Below are positions 27,575 to 36,966 of a stretch of 64,000 nucleotides of DNA, one piece after another. Made by a program: the position numbers and the translations under genes. A model generated the notes under the pieces. It worked only from the letters and a program-made list of their open reading frames with translations. It was not told the origin of the DNA and did not search any database. This DNA comes from a virus (lineage: Duplodnaviria; Caudoviricetes), in IMG/VR virus record IMGVR_UViG_3300032007_000001. One strand, 5' to 3'. Each line of letters starts with the position of its first letter. Positions within the stretch are counted from its first letter, which is position 1.

Positions 27575-27868
27575 ATGGGAATTGCTATAACAGTAACATT
27601 TATGTTACTTATGTGGCTATATTTTAGTTTTTATTATGAAGAATCTCAAATTATACCAGAAATGATGATTTGCGTGGACACAAACATCTTTTATGATATA
27701 GGTAGAGATAAAATAATAATAAAAATTCCTTTTAAGAAAACAATATTTTTGCCAGAAATTTTTAGACGTAATCACAATCCAGTCTATTTGAATAGGAAGA
27801 CATATCAATTTTATGAAGATTATGTAATGGTAAATTATAATAGTAAAGTTTTATTGAAGAAAGGATGA
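27575..27868 (+). CDS. Small membrane protein
   Basis: N-terminal TM; SD AGGAG. Confidence 0.6.
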   Translation: MGIAITVTFMLLMWLYFSFYYEESQIIPEMMICVDTNIFYDIGRDKIIIKIPFKKTIFLPEIFRRNHNPVYLNRKTYQFYEDYVMVNYNSKVLLKKG

Positions 27869-28476
27869 ACTTCATGGAAATCACTCAAGAAGCTTTTAAA
27901 AAAATGAAAAAAAGATATGTAGACCTCTTAAAGTCTACAAAAAGAGAAAACATTGAAGCCCTTATTGCTTTTTTGGAAAAGAATGATTTTTTTGATGCTC
28001 CGTCATCAATGCACTATCATTCTGCCTTTAAGCATGGGCTTCTTTTACATAGCTTAAACGTTTATGACCAGCTTTGCGAATTATGTAAAATTTATAATAA
28101 AGACGATGAAATCAATGAAGATACAATTATTATATCTTCATTATTACACGATATCTGCAAAACGAGTTTTTATAAAACCGAAATGAGAAACAAAAAAATC
28201 AATGGAGTATGGAAAGAAGTTCAAGCCTATACAATACATGATGTATTTCCTGCTGGCCACGGTGAAAAATCGGTTATGATAGCTCAACAATTTATTAAAT
28301 TATCTATGCAAGAAATTCTTGCAATCAATTGGCACATGGGAGCATTTGATATTCGTTGTGGAGATTATCAAGGAAAAACAGCACTTAGCAATTCAATGGA
28401 AAGATTCAAATTGGTAACGTTGCTTAATATGGCTGACGTTGCTGCTACTTACCTTATGGAAGAAAGGGAAGATTAA
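27865..28476 (+). CDS. HD-domain phosphohydrolase
   Basis: FFDAPSSMHYH, GLLLHSLNV, LLHDICK, GHGEKSV, AINWHMG. Confidence 0.88.
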   Translation: MNFMEITQEAFKKMKKRYVDLLKSTKRENIEALIAFLEKNDFFDAPSSMHYHSAFKHGLLLHSLNVYDQLCELCKIYNKDDEINEDTIIISSLLHDICKTSFYKTEMRNKKINGVWKEVQAYTIHDVFPAGHGEKSVMIAQQFIKLSMQEILAINWHMGAFDIRCGDYQGKTALSNSMERFKLVTLLNMADVAATYLMEERED

Positions 28477-28477
28477 A

Positions 28478-28933
28478 ATGATTGAATTCTCCGGAAAATA
28501 TGCAATGCTTTCAAATTTTTACGATAATCAAATTACATATAACAAAATAACGTATAAAAATAATGAGGCTGCATTCCAAGCTCAAAAAACAGATTCAGAT
28601 AAAATAAGGAAACAATTTTCTCGCATGTTTCCGTCTGAAGCTGTAAGAAAAGGAAAAACATTACAATTAAGAACTGATTGGAATGACGAATTAGCTGAAA
28701 AAATCATGTATGAAATCAATAAAATAAAATTTTCTCAAGAACCATTTAAGACATTATTATTAGAAACCAAAGATGAAGTATTAGAAAATAGAAATGGTCA
28801 TGGCGATATCGTATGGGGTATTTGCGATGGCAAAGGCGAAAATAAGTTAGGAAAAATATTAATGAAAATAAGGACTGAACTACGAGATGCAGGAAAACAA
28901 TCAGACCCAGGAGAAAAAGAAGAAAACCAATAA
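28478..28933 (+). CDS. NADAR-family N-glycosidase
   Basis: LSNFY, EAAFQAQK, LRTDW, KFSQ, LLET, WG...GENKLGKILMKIR; start reset to ATG 28478. Confidence 0.9.
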   Translation: MIEFSGKYAMLSNFYDNQITYNKITYKNNEAAFQAQKTDSDKIRKQFSRMFPSEAVRKGKTLQLRTDWNDELAEKIMYEINKIKFSQEPFKTLLLETKDEVLENRNGHGDIVWGICDGKGENKLGKILMKIRTELRDAGKQSDPGEKEENQ

Positions 28934-29582
28934 TAATTGGACTTTGATTTACAAACTATATGAAGAATTAAATCCTAAACAAAAACAAAATTTTCTTAAA
29001 AGGTTTGGATTGTTTGAGGCAAATTTTCTTAATTTAGACCTCGAAGCTAAAATCAAAAATATCAATAAAGAAATTAGATACAACATCAATGATTCTGAAA
29101 CAAAAAAGATTTTATTTAGTTTGGAACATTTCGTAAATAATAGCAAAAAGGTTGTATTGTTAAGAGGAGAATCATTAAAAGATAGAATCATTGGACAATG
29201 CGATGGATTATATGATATTGTTGATTCGGTTGATGATGAACATTTATTAATATTAGTACAAAGCGATACAAATCCTGAAAAAGAATTAGAATATCTAAAA
29301 GAAAGAAAAGAACAAGGATTTTGTCAAGCAGACCTTATAACATTAGATTATCACTTAGTAAAACAACTTATTCCTAAATTATTAGAAATTTATAGAACTG
29401 TATCAAAACATATACCTAATAATATGTCATTCAACGAATGGGATAACATATTAAAACAAATTGCTTGGTTTTGTAATGAATACGTTACATTATTCAAAAA
29501 CGATGATGGCAGCGATGAATATAAAAATAAATTAAAGGAAGCAAGAAAACATTTTATAGACCATTTTATGGATTTATGGTAA
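28887..29582 (+). CDS. Hypothetical protein
   Basis: 231 aa ORF followed by a terminator-like hairpin at ~29600-29628. Confidence 0.7.
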   Translation: MQENNQTQEKKKKTNNNWTLIYKLYEELNPKQKQNFLKRFGLFEANFLNLDLEAKIKNINKEIRYNINDSETKKILFSLEHFVNNSKKVVLLRGESLKDRIIGQCDGLYDIVDSVDDEHLLILVQSDTNPEKELEYLKERKEQGFCQADLITLDYHLVKQLIPKLLEIYRTVSKHIPNNMSFNEWDNILKQIAWFCNEYVTLFKNDDGSDEYKNKLKEARKHFIDHFMDLW

Positions 29583-29639
29583 AAATTCTTTGAATAACAA
29601 AAAGGTTGGATTTTCCAATCTTTTTTTTGTTTTTATATA

Positions 29640-29668
29640 TTTACACTTATGAAATTCTATTGTATAAT
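29640..29668 (+). promoter_or_regulatory. Sigma-A-type promoter
   Basis: TTTACA-17 nt-TATAAT upstream of 29731. Confidence 0.7.
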
Positions 29669-29730
29669 TCATACAGTGGTACAAAAGATAAAACAATAAA
29701 ATTAAATTTGTGGAAAGAAGGTAAACATTT

Positions 29731-30969
29731 ATGCCAACTAAACTTCGGGGGAAAAATAGGTACTATCATATGTTGGATTTACCAGGAAGCATGCCTAGTA
29801 CTGGACTCATCCAATATCATAGAGAAATGGCTCAACGCATGTTGAAAAGAACGTTGAAACCAGACGAATGCGTTGTAAGAAAAGATGGCGACAGGAGTAA
29901 TGACAGGATGGAAAACCTTATGGTATTCGCAAGCAAGGGTGGAGCACGTCGTTATTACTCAAAACATAGCCAAGAATTTCTTTTTAGAAGAGAAGATGGA
30001 GTATATGACTATGATTGGGAAGCAATAAACCAGCAAAAACAAAAGACATCTGAAAATTATAAAAACAAAATGAATAAACTCAAAGAGCGAAACGAAAAGA
30101 TTAATGTCTTTATTAAAGACAATCCAAATTGCACGTTGGAAGATATCGCAAATAATTTTTTCAATGGAAAAATCGCTACAGCGAGAAATCATCTTTACAC
30201 GCATGATATTAAATTGACAAACATCAATTATAGCAACTCCAATAAAGGTGTTGAAAAAATTCGTTCGATGACTCGTGAAGAGCTTATTCTGTATTTGAGT
30301 ACTCATCATGTTTCTGGTAAAGAATTAGCAGAAAAATTGGGAACAAACTATTACTCAATTGCAAATGCTCTTTCTGAACGTGGTATATCAACTATTGGAA
30401 AACATAAAAAATTCAAACATCTTACTCGCCAAGCTATTATTGATGCTATGGCATCAAAACCTTCAAAACAAAAACTTGCTCGTATGCTTGGTGTATTTGA
30501 AGAAAACCTTGAGGTTGAGTTATGGAAACTTGGCATTAAACATGGATATAAAATGGTGTTCGTAAAAGGCCATTATGAAATGCCAAAAGAAGAAGATTAC
30601 GAAAGCAATGAAATTGAGCAACAAAAGAGTGAAATGACAATAGCTGAACACGAACAGCCTATTGAAGACGTTGTTTCTGAAGTTCAAGATATTAATAAGG
30701 AAAACAAATTTACTCTTGACGATGCTTATAGTATTGGACTTACGTTCAATGATATTAAGTTCCTTACGCAAAAAAGCACAAAAGACCTCATTGACAGTAA
30801 AAATATTGATATTAGTATGGACAATATCAATACATTCATTGAAATGCGTAAGATATTGACAAGAGAAAATATCATTGCATTGTACAAAGCTGGTCATTCT
30901 ACGAATGACATTGCTGCAATTTATGGATATAATGGGATGTATGTACGCCATATCGCAGATACAATTTGA
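29731..30969 (+). CDS. Degenerate HNH domain + multiple HTH DNA-binding protein
   Basis: YHREMA...LKPDECVVRKDGDRSNDRMENL (HNH_3 pattern without HH); several HTH-like segments (TLEDIAN, SGKELAEKLG, SKQKLARMLG, STNDIAAIYG). Confidence 0.7.
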   Translation: MPTKLRGKNRYYHMLDLPGSMPSTGLIQYHREMAQRMLKRTLKPDECVVRKDGDRSNDRMENLMVFASKGGARRYYSKHSQEFLFRREDGVYDYDWEAINQQKQKTSENYKNKMNKLKERNEKINVFIKDNPNCTLEDIANNFFNGKIATARNHLYTHDIKLTNINYSNSNKGVEKIRSMTREELILYLSTHHVSGKELAEKLGTNYYSIANALSERGISTIGKHKKFKHLTRQAIIDAMASKPSKQKLARMLGVFEENLEVELWKLGIKHGYKMVFVKGHYEMPKEEDYESNEIEQQKSEMTIAEHEQPIEDVVSEVQDINKENKFTLDDAYSIGLTFNDIKFLTQKSTKDLIDSKNIDISMDNINTFIEMRKILTRENIIALYKAGHSTNDIAAIYGYNGMYVRHIADTI

Positions 30970-30980
30970 AATTTTTTGAA

Positions 30981-31017
30981 AAAAACTATTTACTTTTTCT
31001 GTTGAATATGGTATAAT
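30981..31017 (+). promoter_or_regulatory. Early promoter
   Basis: AAAAACTA-TTTACT-17 nt-(TGG)TATAAT. Confidence 0.8.
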
Positions 31018-31067
31018 ACACTCAGTCAAAGATAAAACAACTTTACAGGCAAAGGAGAAAAGAGATT

Positions 31068-31928
31068 ATGCTGAACAGACTTGCACGTTTTAAGATTCCC
31101 GTTTGGACTCGTTATGAGGTTTTGAAGCCTAAGGGAAATTCCTATAAGAAACCTGAACTCGTTGAGGTTGGTCGAAAAGATGTCATCAGTCGTATGTATA
31201 CTCGTGGCGACAATGATTATGTAGAGCGTTTGATTATCGGCCATGATGATTTGTTCATCACTTTTGAAGACCAGAAGAACGGCAATTATGTCTGGACCAT
31301 CGACCCCAACTACATGTTCAAGCAGCGTTGTAAGATGAGCGATTTTGCAACGAGTGATGCTTGCAAGGAATTTGAGGAAAAGCATAAGATGGCTATGGCA
31401 TTTGAGAAAATGTCAAAGGAACAGGAAGCGAGTCTTGCTGATGAACCGCTTCAGCAGACAAACAATCTGCGACTCACGGTAAGCAAGGGCGATATCACAT
31501 ATGATTGCCCGACTCATATGCAGTATATTTCCATTGACCAACATTGCTACTATGCGGTGCTTGATGAAAACAACGAAATCAAACTCGTTGACATCGAGTA
31601 TGACCAGCTTCCCTATTACAATAACACCAATTCCTATGCAACGTATATCAACATTCCCAAGGAGCGTATGTATATCGTTGTAAACGATGCAGATTACCAC
31701 GAAACTGAAGAACAGAATTGGTGTGTGCTTTTCCTTGACGGTAAAGAAGTTGCTCCTGATATGGATAAGGTTATCACCAAGGAAGACCTCGTAAAACGCA
31801 TGAATACTACAATCAGAGACAACATTGCAAAACAGGAGATTACTCCTGACCAGTTCCTCAACCTGAACGATGAAGATGTAGAATTTTACATCGACATTAA
31901 GGAGACTGAATCCCCTGTAGAGGAATAA
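31068..31928 (+). CDS. Hypothetical early protein with elevated GC
   Basis: 286 aa, SD AAGGAG, own promoter and terminators. Confidence 0.8.
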   Translation: MLNRLARFKIPVWTRYEVLKPKGNSYKKPELVEVGRKDVISRMYTRGDNDYVERLIIGHDDLFITFEDQKNGNYVWTIDPNYMFKQRCKMSDFATSDACKEFEEKHKMAMAFEKMSKEQEASLADEPLQQTNNLRLTVSKGDITYDCPTHMQYISIDQHCYYAVLDENNEIKLVDIEYDQLPYYNNTNSYATYINIPKERMYIVVNDADYHETEEQNWCVLFLDGKEVAPDMDKVITKEDLVKRMNTTIRDNIAKQEITPDQFLNLNDEDVEFYIDIKETESPVEE

Positions 31929-31952
31929 TGGTAAACCAACTTACGTAGAGGA

Positions 31953-32073
31953 AGGAGACGCAATTTCCCCCAAAATTGCGCCTCCTGTTTTTCCCCTAAA
32001 CCTCATTTTCCCCAACTTTTTTCCACATCTTTCCTTTCTGTAAGGGACGGCAAAAAATGCCGTCCCTGTTTTT
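31953..32073 (+). terminator. Two tandem intrinsic terminators
   Basis: AGGAGACGCAATTT..AAATTGCGCCTCCT-GTTTTT and AGGGACGGCA..TGCCGTCCCT-GTTTTT. Confidence 0.7.
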
Positions 32074-32102
32074 CATAAAATAAACAGAAAGGATGTGAAA
32101 TT

Positions 32103-32348
32103 TTGGAATTAAGAGAATTAACGTCACAAGAATTCATAATATTGCAAAACAAATTTCCTTCTTATGTAATATTAGCTGGTAGAACATTTTCAAATTTAAC
32201 AGTAATATTAGTAATGGAAAATCAAGGATGCTTTCAAGTTTTCTACACAGAAAATAATTTCAAATCCTTCGATGTACATAAATATAGAACGTTAAAAGAT
32301 GCATTTGAAGATTATGATAATGCATATGTCATGGAACAAAACTTCTAA
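32103..32348 (+). CDS. Hypothetical protein
   Basis: TTG start, SD AAGGA. Confidence 0.6.
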   Translation: MELRELTSQEFIILQNKFPSYVILAGRTFSNLTVILVMENQGCFQVFYTENNFKSFDVHKYRTLKDAFEDYDNAYVMEQNF

Positions 32349-32415
32349 CGTCTCACCAGACATTGACAGAAGTGATTTCATAAATCATTAATATAGAAAT
32401 ATATGGAGGAAAAAC

Positions 32416-32790
32416 ATGAAACAAGAAATTACATTAGATGAATTCACATTAAAATTTTATGATACAGTAAATTCATTCAATCGTTCTACTATCTTAAATT
32501 TTAATTTAACAATGGGGCATGATATCAATAAAGAAATCATATTAGCATCACAAGGAATTGAAACGCCAATAAAAGACCTAAAATCTATGCAAGAAGCATT
32601 TGACATGATAATGACAATGCTTGGCATAGAATTTTGTAAGGTTGACGATTTGCAAAAATATTATGATTTCTTTGCTCCACACGTAAAAGAAATTCTATCG
32701 AATTATTGTATAAGAATAAATTCTGATGAGGATATTTTGGATGTTAATCCATTGTACATAAGAACAAAATTTCTTGAACAAAATTCTTAA
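32416..32790 (+). CDS. Hypothetical protein
   Basis: SD GGAGG. Confidence 0.7.
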   Translation: MKQEITLDEFTLKFYDTVNSFNRSTILNFNLTMGHDINKEIILASQGIETPIKDLKSMQEAFDMIMTMLGIEFCKVDDLQKYYDFFAPHVKEILSNYCIRINSDEDILDVNPLYIRTKFLEQNS

Positions 32791-32793
32791 AGT

Positions 32794-32827
32794 AAAAGAG
32801 AGAACATTAAGTTCTCTCTATTTTTTT
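32794..32827. terminator. Bidirectional terminator
   Basis: AAAAGAGAGAAC-ATTAA-GTTCTCTCTATTTTTT between convergent genes. Confidence 0.7.
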
Positions 32828-32829
32828 AA

Positions 32830-33366
32830 TTATGGATTTGTTGACGGATTTTCGTTATTTGATGGATTTGATGGATTTTGAGGGTCCTGTTGCTGATTAT
32901 TATTGTCTGGTTCCTTTGGTTGTTCTGTTTGTTCTTCTTCAACTACATCTGGAATATCATAATTCTTTGTTGGAATTGGTCCACCAGAATAATTCATATT
33001 CTTCATTGCTGGAACTACTTCATCATCAGCTTCTTTTACAACAGCTGAACCAGAACTTAAAATAGCTGGATTTTCTTGTACTTTAGCAGTTAATGCTGTT
33101 GTGAATTCTGTAATCAATGCATTATATGCATCTATCTGCATTTTTGTTTTATCAAAATCGTCTTTCTTTGCTTGTTCTTTGAGCTTATCAATAAGTTTTT
33201 CAAACAAAGCATTAATTTCTCCAGAATAAGTCTTGCCAGAAACTTCAAATCCTTCATGAACAGCCTGTGGTTCAATTGTTTCTACTGGTTTTTTTGGACG
33301 ATTTGTAATATAATCCATATTTTCATCCATTACGAACTGGTCTGCTTTTGAATCTAAATTTATCAT
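32830..33366 (-). CDS. Hypothetical acidic protein with disordered N/P/Q-rich tail
   Basis: Start reset to ATG 33366 (SD GGAGGAGAAAGGA). Confidence 0.7.
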   Translation of the reverse strand: MINLDSKADQFVMDENMDYITNRPKKPVETIEPQAVHEGFEVSGKTYSGEINALFEKLIDKLKEQAKKDDFDKTKMQIDAYNALITEFTTALTAKVQENPAILSSGSAVVKEADDEVVPAMKNMNYSGGPIPTKNYDIPDVVEEEQTEQPKEPDNNNQQQDPQNPSNPSNNENPSTNP

Positions 33367-33406
33367 ATCCTTTCTCCTCCGAAAAAATTTTCTACCTTCG
33401 TCTATT

Positions 33407-33748
33407 TTGTTTAAAATTGTCGAAGGTAGGTGGTACCATGTGAAATATGTTATCAACACCAAACAAAGAATTTATGTTGATGAGAACAAAATAACAATAG
33501 TCATATACAGACGTTTTGCAATGACCATCAAAAAAGATACTTACACCATCATTTTAGAATTAGATGGTGATATCATATATAGAAAAAAATTTAGAAAAAA
33601 ATTCTTTGAATCTTTTAGAAAAGATGTTTCTATATTGTTAACTCAAATTTTTATTGAGCTGCTATTATTTGAATACCACGATGAAGTAATGGATATTTTA
33701 TCAAAAAATTGTTCGTATATCCAAAAGGCATTCGACCAATTTGTATAA
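33407..33748 (+). CDS. Hypothetical protein (start uncertain)
   Basis: ORF ends at a bidirectional terminator. Confidence 0.55.
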   Translation: MFKIVEGRWYHVKYVINTKQRIYVDENKITIVIYRRFAMTIKKDTYTIILELDGDIIYRKKFRKKFFESFRKDVSILLTQIFIELLLFEYHDEVMDILSKNCSYIQKAFDQFV

Positions 33749-33776
33749 AAAAAGAGAGGATTTAATCCTCTCTTTT
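33747..33776. terminator. Bidirectional terminator
   Basis: AAAAAAAGAGAGGATT-T-AATCCTCTCTTTT. Confidence 0.75.
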
Positions 33777-33792
33777 CTATTTCTAATTTCCA

Positions 33793-34254
33793 TTAGAACA
33801 TATCTTCATGTTTCTTCAAATATTCAATAACTTCCTTGTCATCTGTTTTATATAACTGCATTGTACACATGAGACTTTGCACGAGAGCAGAATTTGAATA
33901 ATCAATTTTTTCATCATCGCTTGATTCTTCATCCAATGTTTGACCATTCAATTCTGGCATCAGCACACAGTCATGTAAATGATAGTCATTTTTAAGCAGT
34001 TCATATAATCCATTGAGAAATTGATTTGTTTTGCCAAGAGCCACAATATCATTTGTTTCGTTGTCATAATAAAATCTTACATTTGGATGTACCAACGTAA
34101 GACCGCATATCATATCTGCCAAAACAGAAGGATTTTCATACATATCATCATTCGTAATGATTTTGCCAAAAAAGAATCTATGTTTTCCTGAAGTCATAAA
34201 CTGCAAAAGCTCTTTTACTGTATGCATACCGTCTGCTGTTGTATAATCTCTCAT
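33793..34254 (-). CDS. Hypothetical protein
   Basis: Start reset to ATG 34254 (ATGA overlap, SD AAGGAG). Confidence 0.7.
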   Translation of the reverse strand: MRDYTTADGMHTVKELLQFMTSGKHRFFFGKIITNDDMYENPSVLADMICGLTLVHPNVRFYYDNETNDIVALGKTNQFLNGLYELLKNDYHLHDCVLMPELNGQTLDEESSDDEKIDYSNSALVQSLMCTMQLYKTDDKEVIEYLKKHEDMF

Positions 34255-34661
34255 TTTTCTTCTCCTTTCGTCCAATACCCATACATGGATTTATTACCAC
34301 AATCCCACATATCATAGAAATAACCATCTTCACAAGCTACAAGATGATTAGCTACGACCATAACAGTTTTCTGTTTATGTTGATGAGCAAATTGTTTTAC
34401 TATGGGACGTTTTGTTCCTTTTTTATTGCTTACACCAGTATAAACAAACCCCATATCTCTCAAAACTGCTTCATACACCGGTTTATCATCCGGCATATCT
34501 TGAAGTTCTCTTCCTTTTTTAACAAGAAGGTCATACGTTTCAAGCCAAGATTTGTCAAACGCTTTACAAAGTGCTCTTACTACACAATCTCCATAATTGT
34601 CTCTAATATCTTTTTCATTCGGTTGAAAGTACTTGAAATTCCTCGATTTATTTCCAATCAA
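34251..34661 (-). CDS. Conserved phage protein, putative papain-like Cys-His-Asp hydrolase
   Basis: PN...GDCVVRAL, NHLVA, YFYDMWD. Confidence 0.65.
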   Translation of the reverse strand: MIGNKSRNFKYFQPNEKDIRDNYGDCVVRALCKAFDKSWLETYDLLVKKGRELQDMPDDKPVYEAVLRDMGFVYTGVSNKKGTKRPIVKQFAHQHKQKTVMVVANHLVACEDGYFYDMWDCGNKSMYGYWTKGEEK

Positions 34662-34686
34662 TTATCCCACATCCTTTCTTTTTTAT

Positions 34687-34715
34687 ATTATACCATACTT
34701 TTCAATAAATGTACA
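34687..34715 (-). promoter_or_regulatory. Sigma-A-type promoter
   Basis: Minus strand TGTACA-17 nt-(TGG)TATAAT. Confidence 0.6.
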
Positions 34716-34769
34716 CTACCTATTTACAATCAAAACTAAACAAAAATTAAAAAATAAATAGAATAATTT

Positions 34770-35489
34770 ATGATGAATAAATATATTGAAGAAAACAAAG
34801 AATATGTAAATAATTTATACGGCAATCTTGGAAAAGATGGCAGAGAATATCTCAAAAAACGCGGTATTACTGTGCCTACTGCTAAGTTTTGGGAACTTGG
34901 CTTTTCTCCAAGAAATTTCATTCCAGAAATATATAAAAATGATACAAACTTTATGTATAAAAAAATGAACGGAAGAGTAACAATTCCAGTATATGATAGC
35001 AATGGTGTATTGATTGGAATTTCTGGAAGAAGCGTATATGACGATATTAAGCCTAAATATATGCATTATGTTTTTCCAACAAGAAGCACTTTATTTGGCC
35101 TTTGGCAAAATCAAAAAGATGTAATAAGAGAAAATGCTATTGTATTCGCCGAAGGACAATTTGATATTATTACAGCTTGGCAAAATGGATTGCGTATAGC
35201 TGTTTGTACTTTTGGTGCTCATTGTTCTGAAACGCAATTCGCTATAGCTTCAAGATATACAAATAGAATAAACATTTTATATGATAAAGATGAAGCTGGA
35301 GAACTTGGAACACAAAAAGCATTAAAAATAAATACTTACGGAAAAGTAAAAGTAAAATCTATTGGTTATTTAATGTTAAAAGATGATGATTTAGATTCTT
35401 GGATTCAAAGGAACAGTTATCAAAAAATATTAAATGCAATTAATTTCTCTAAAATTGATTATGTAAAGAGTAAACTATCTAAAATTTAA
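34770..35489 (+). CDS. DnaG-type primase catalytic core (TOPRIM) without zinc-binding domain
   Basis: YLKKRGI, LGFSP, GRVTIP, GISGR, PKY, EGQFD, YDKDEAG. Confidence 0.85.
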   Translation: MMNKYIEENKEYVNNLYGNLGKDGREYLKKRGITVPTAKFWELGFSPRNFIPEIYKNDTNFMYKKMNGRVTIPVYDSNGVLIGISGRSVYDDIKPKYMHYVFPTRSTLFGLWQNQKDVIRENAIVFAEGQFDIITAWQNGLRIAVCTFGAHCSETQFAIASRYTNRINILYDKDEAGELGTQKALKINTYGKVKVKSIGYLMLKDDDLDSWIQRNSYQKILNAINFSKIDYVKSKLSKI

Positions 35490-35544
35490 TGCTAACACTA
35501 TTTTATATTTGTAAGGATTAACTTAAACAGGTGGTTTTGTATAG

Positions 35545-36966
35545 ATGATAAAGAATTATGTGTTAGACACCAATGTCCTGTTACAGAATCCCAATGCATT
35601 ATTTGCATTTGAGGAACATAATGTAATCTTACCTGAAGTTGTTATAGAAGAATTAGACAATTTCAAAAAAGGACATAGCGAAATCAATGTCAACGCAAGA
35701 GAAGTAGCAAGAAAATTATGTGCTCTCAGACAAAAAGCTGAAAAAAGTTTATTTGAAGGAGTACAACTTGACAATGGAGGAATGCTTTACATAAAAAACC
35801 CATTCAAACAAGGTGAATCTTTTGTTCCCAAAGGATGGGAAGATAAAAAACGAGACAACGACATATTAAATACCTGTTTAACACTTCAAAAAGAAACAAA
35901 TGAAGTAGTTATTTTAGTTACCCAAGACATATACTTAGGAATCAAAGCTGATTATTTACAAATCAAAAACGAACAATTCAGAACTGATTCTGTAAAAAAT
36001 ATAGATGAACAATATCAAGGTTACATAGATTTATGCGTATATGAAGATGATTTCGAAGAATTTGTAAAAAATAAAACCATTGACATTTCAAAAGCTTTCC
36101 TTATAGAAGGAGAAAACGAATACAAAGAAGTTTACGATTTTGAAAAATATCCAAACGAGTTTGTTATATTACATTGTGCAAATAATTATTTGAAAAAAAC
36201 AATACTTGGAAAGATTTCAAAGGATAAAAGAAGTATTGTAAGACTTCAATATGAAAATGCGCATCCATTTGGTATAACACCAAAAAATACAATGCAATAT
36301 TTCATGCAAGAAGCTTTAATGGCACCAGTAAAAGATATTCCATTGGTATTAATAAAAGGACCAGCTGGTACTGCTAAAACGTTCTTCACAATGGCCATTA
36401 TATTGGAAAGATTATATGAAGGTAACAATCCTGATAATTTCAGAAAAGCATTGATTTGTCGTCCAAATCAATTAATGGAAGACGATTTAGGATATTTACC
36501 AGGTACAGAACAAGAAAAAATTGACCCATTAATGCGTTGTATATTTGACGCAATGGAAATATTGGTAGACAGCAATAAAGAAGAAAGATATAAGAATGAA
36601 AAAGAATTGCAAGGAAAAATTAACGATATTTTAGATAGAAATATTATTGATATGCAAGCAATAGGTTATTTAAGAGGCAGAAGCGTATCTGCTAGCATAT
36701 TGTTTGCAGATGAAATCCAAAATAGTAGTCCAAACACAGCAAAATCAATTATAACAAGAGCTGGCGAAGGAACTAAAATCATTATGTGTGGTGACCCAAA
36801 TCAAATAGATAATCAATATCTGGATTCACGTACAAATGGTATTAGCTATGCAATAGAAAAAATGAAAGATTCTCCATTATGCGCTGTTATTACAACGTCA
36901 GAAAAAGACGCAAGCCGTTCCGAACTTGTAAAAGATGCAAATATGAGATTCAACAGAAAGGATTGA
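35545..36966 (+). CDS. phoH: PhoH2 / YlaK-like PIN + PhoH ATPase
   Basis: VLDTNVLL, VIEELD, RDNDIL, VTQD; GPAGTAKT, LGYLPG, YLRGRS, DEIQN, ITRAGEGTK, GDPNQID. Confidence 0.92.
   Translation: MIKNYVLDTNVLLQNPNALFAFEEHNVILPEVVIEELDNFKKGHSEINVNAREVARKLCALRQKAEKSLFEGVQLDNGGMLYIKNPFKQGESFVPKGWEDKKRDNDILNTCLTLQKETNEVVILVTQDIYLGIKADYLQIKNEQFRTDSVKNIDEQYQGYIDLCVYEDDFEEFVKNKTIDISKAFLIEGENEYKEVYDFEKYPNEFVILHCANNYLKKTILGKISKDKRSIVRLQYENAHPFGITPKNTMQYFMQEALMAPVKDIPLVLIKGPAGTAKTFFTMAIILERLYEGNNPDNFRKALICRPNQLMEDDLGYLPGTEQEKIDPLMRCIFDAMEILVDSNKEERYKNEKELQGKINDILDRNIIDMQAIGYLRGRSVSASILFADEIQNSSPNTAKSIITRAGEGTKIIMCGDPNQIDNQYLDSRTNGISYAIEKMKDSPLCAVITTSEKDASRSELVKDANMRFNRKD

Noticed and set aside
29731-30969. 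Active mobile HNH homing endonuclease
   Set aside because: Catalytic histidines are replaced
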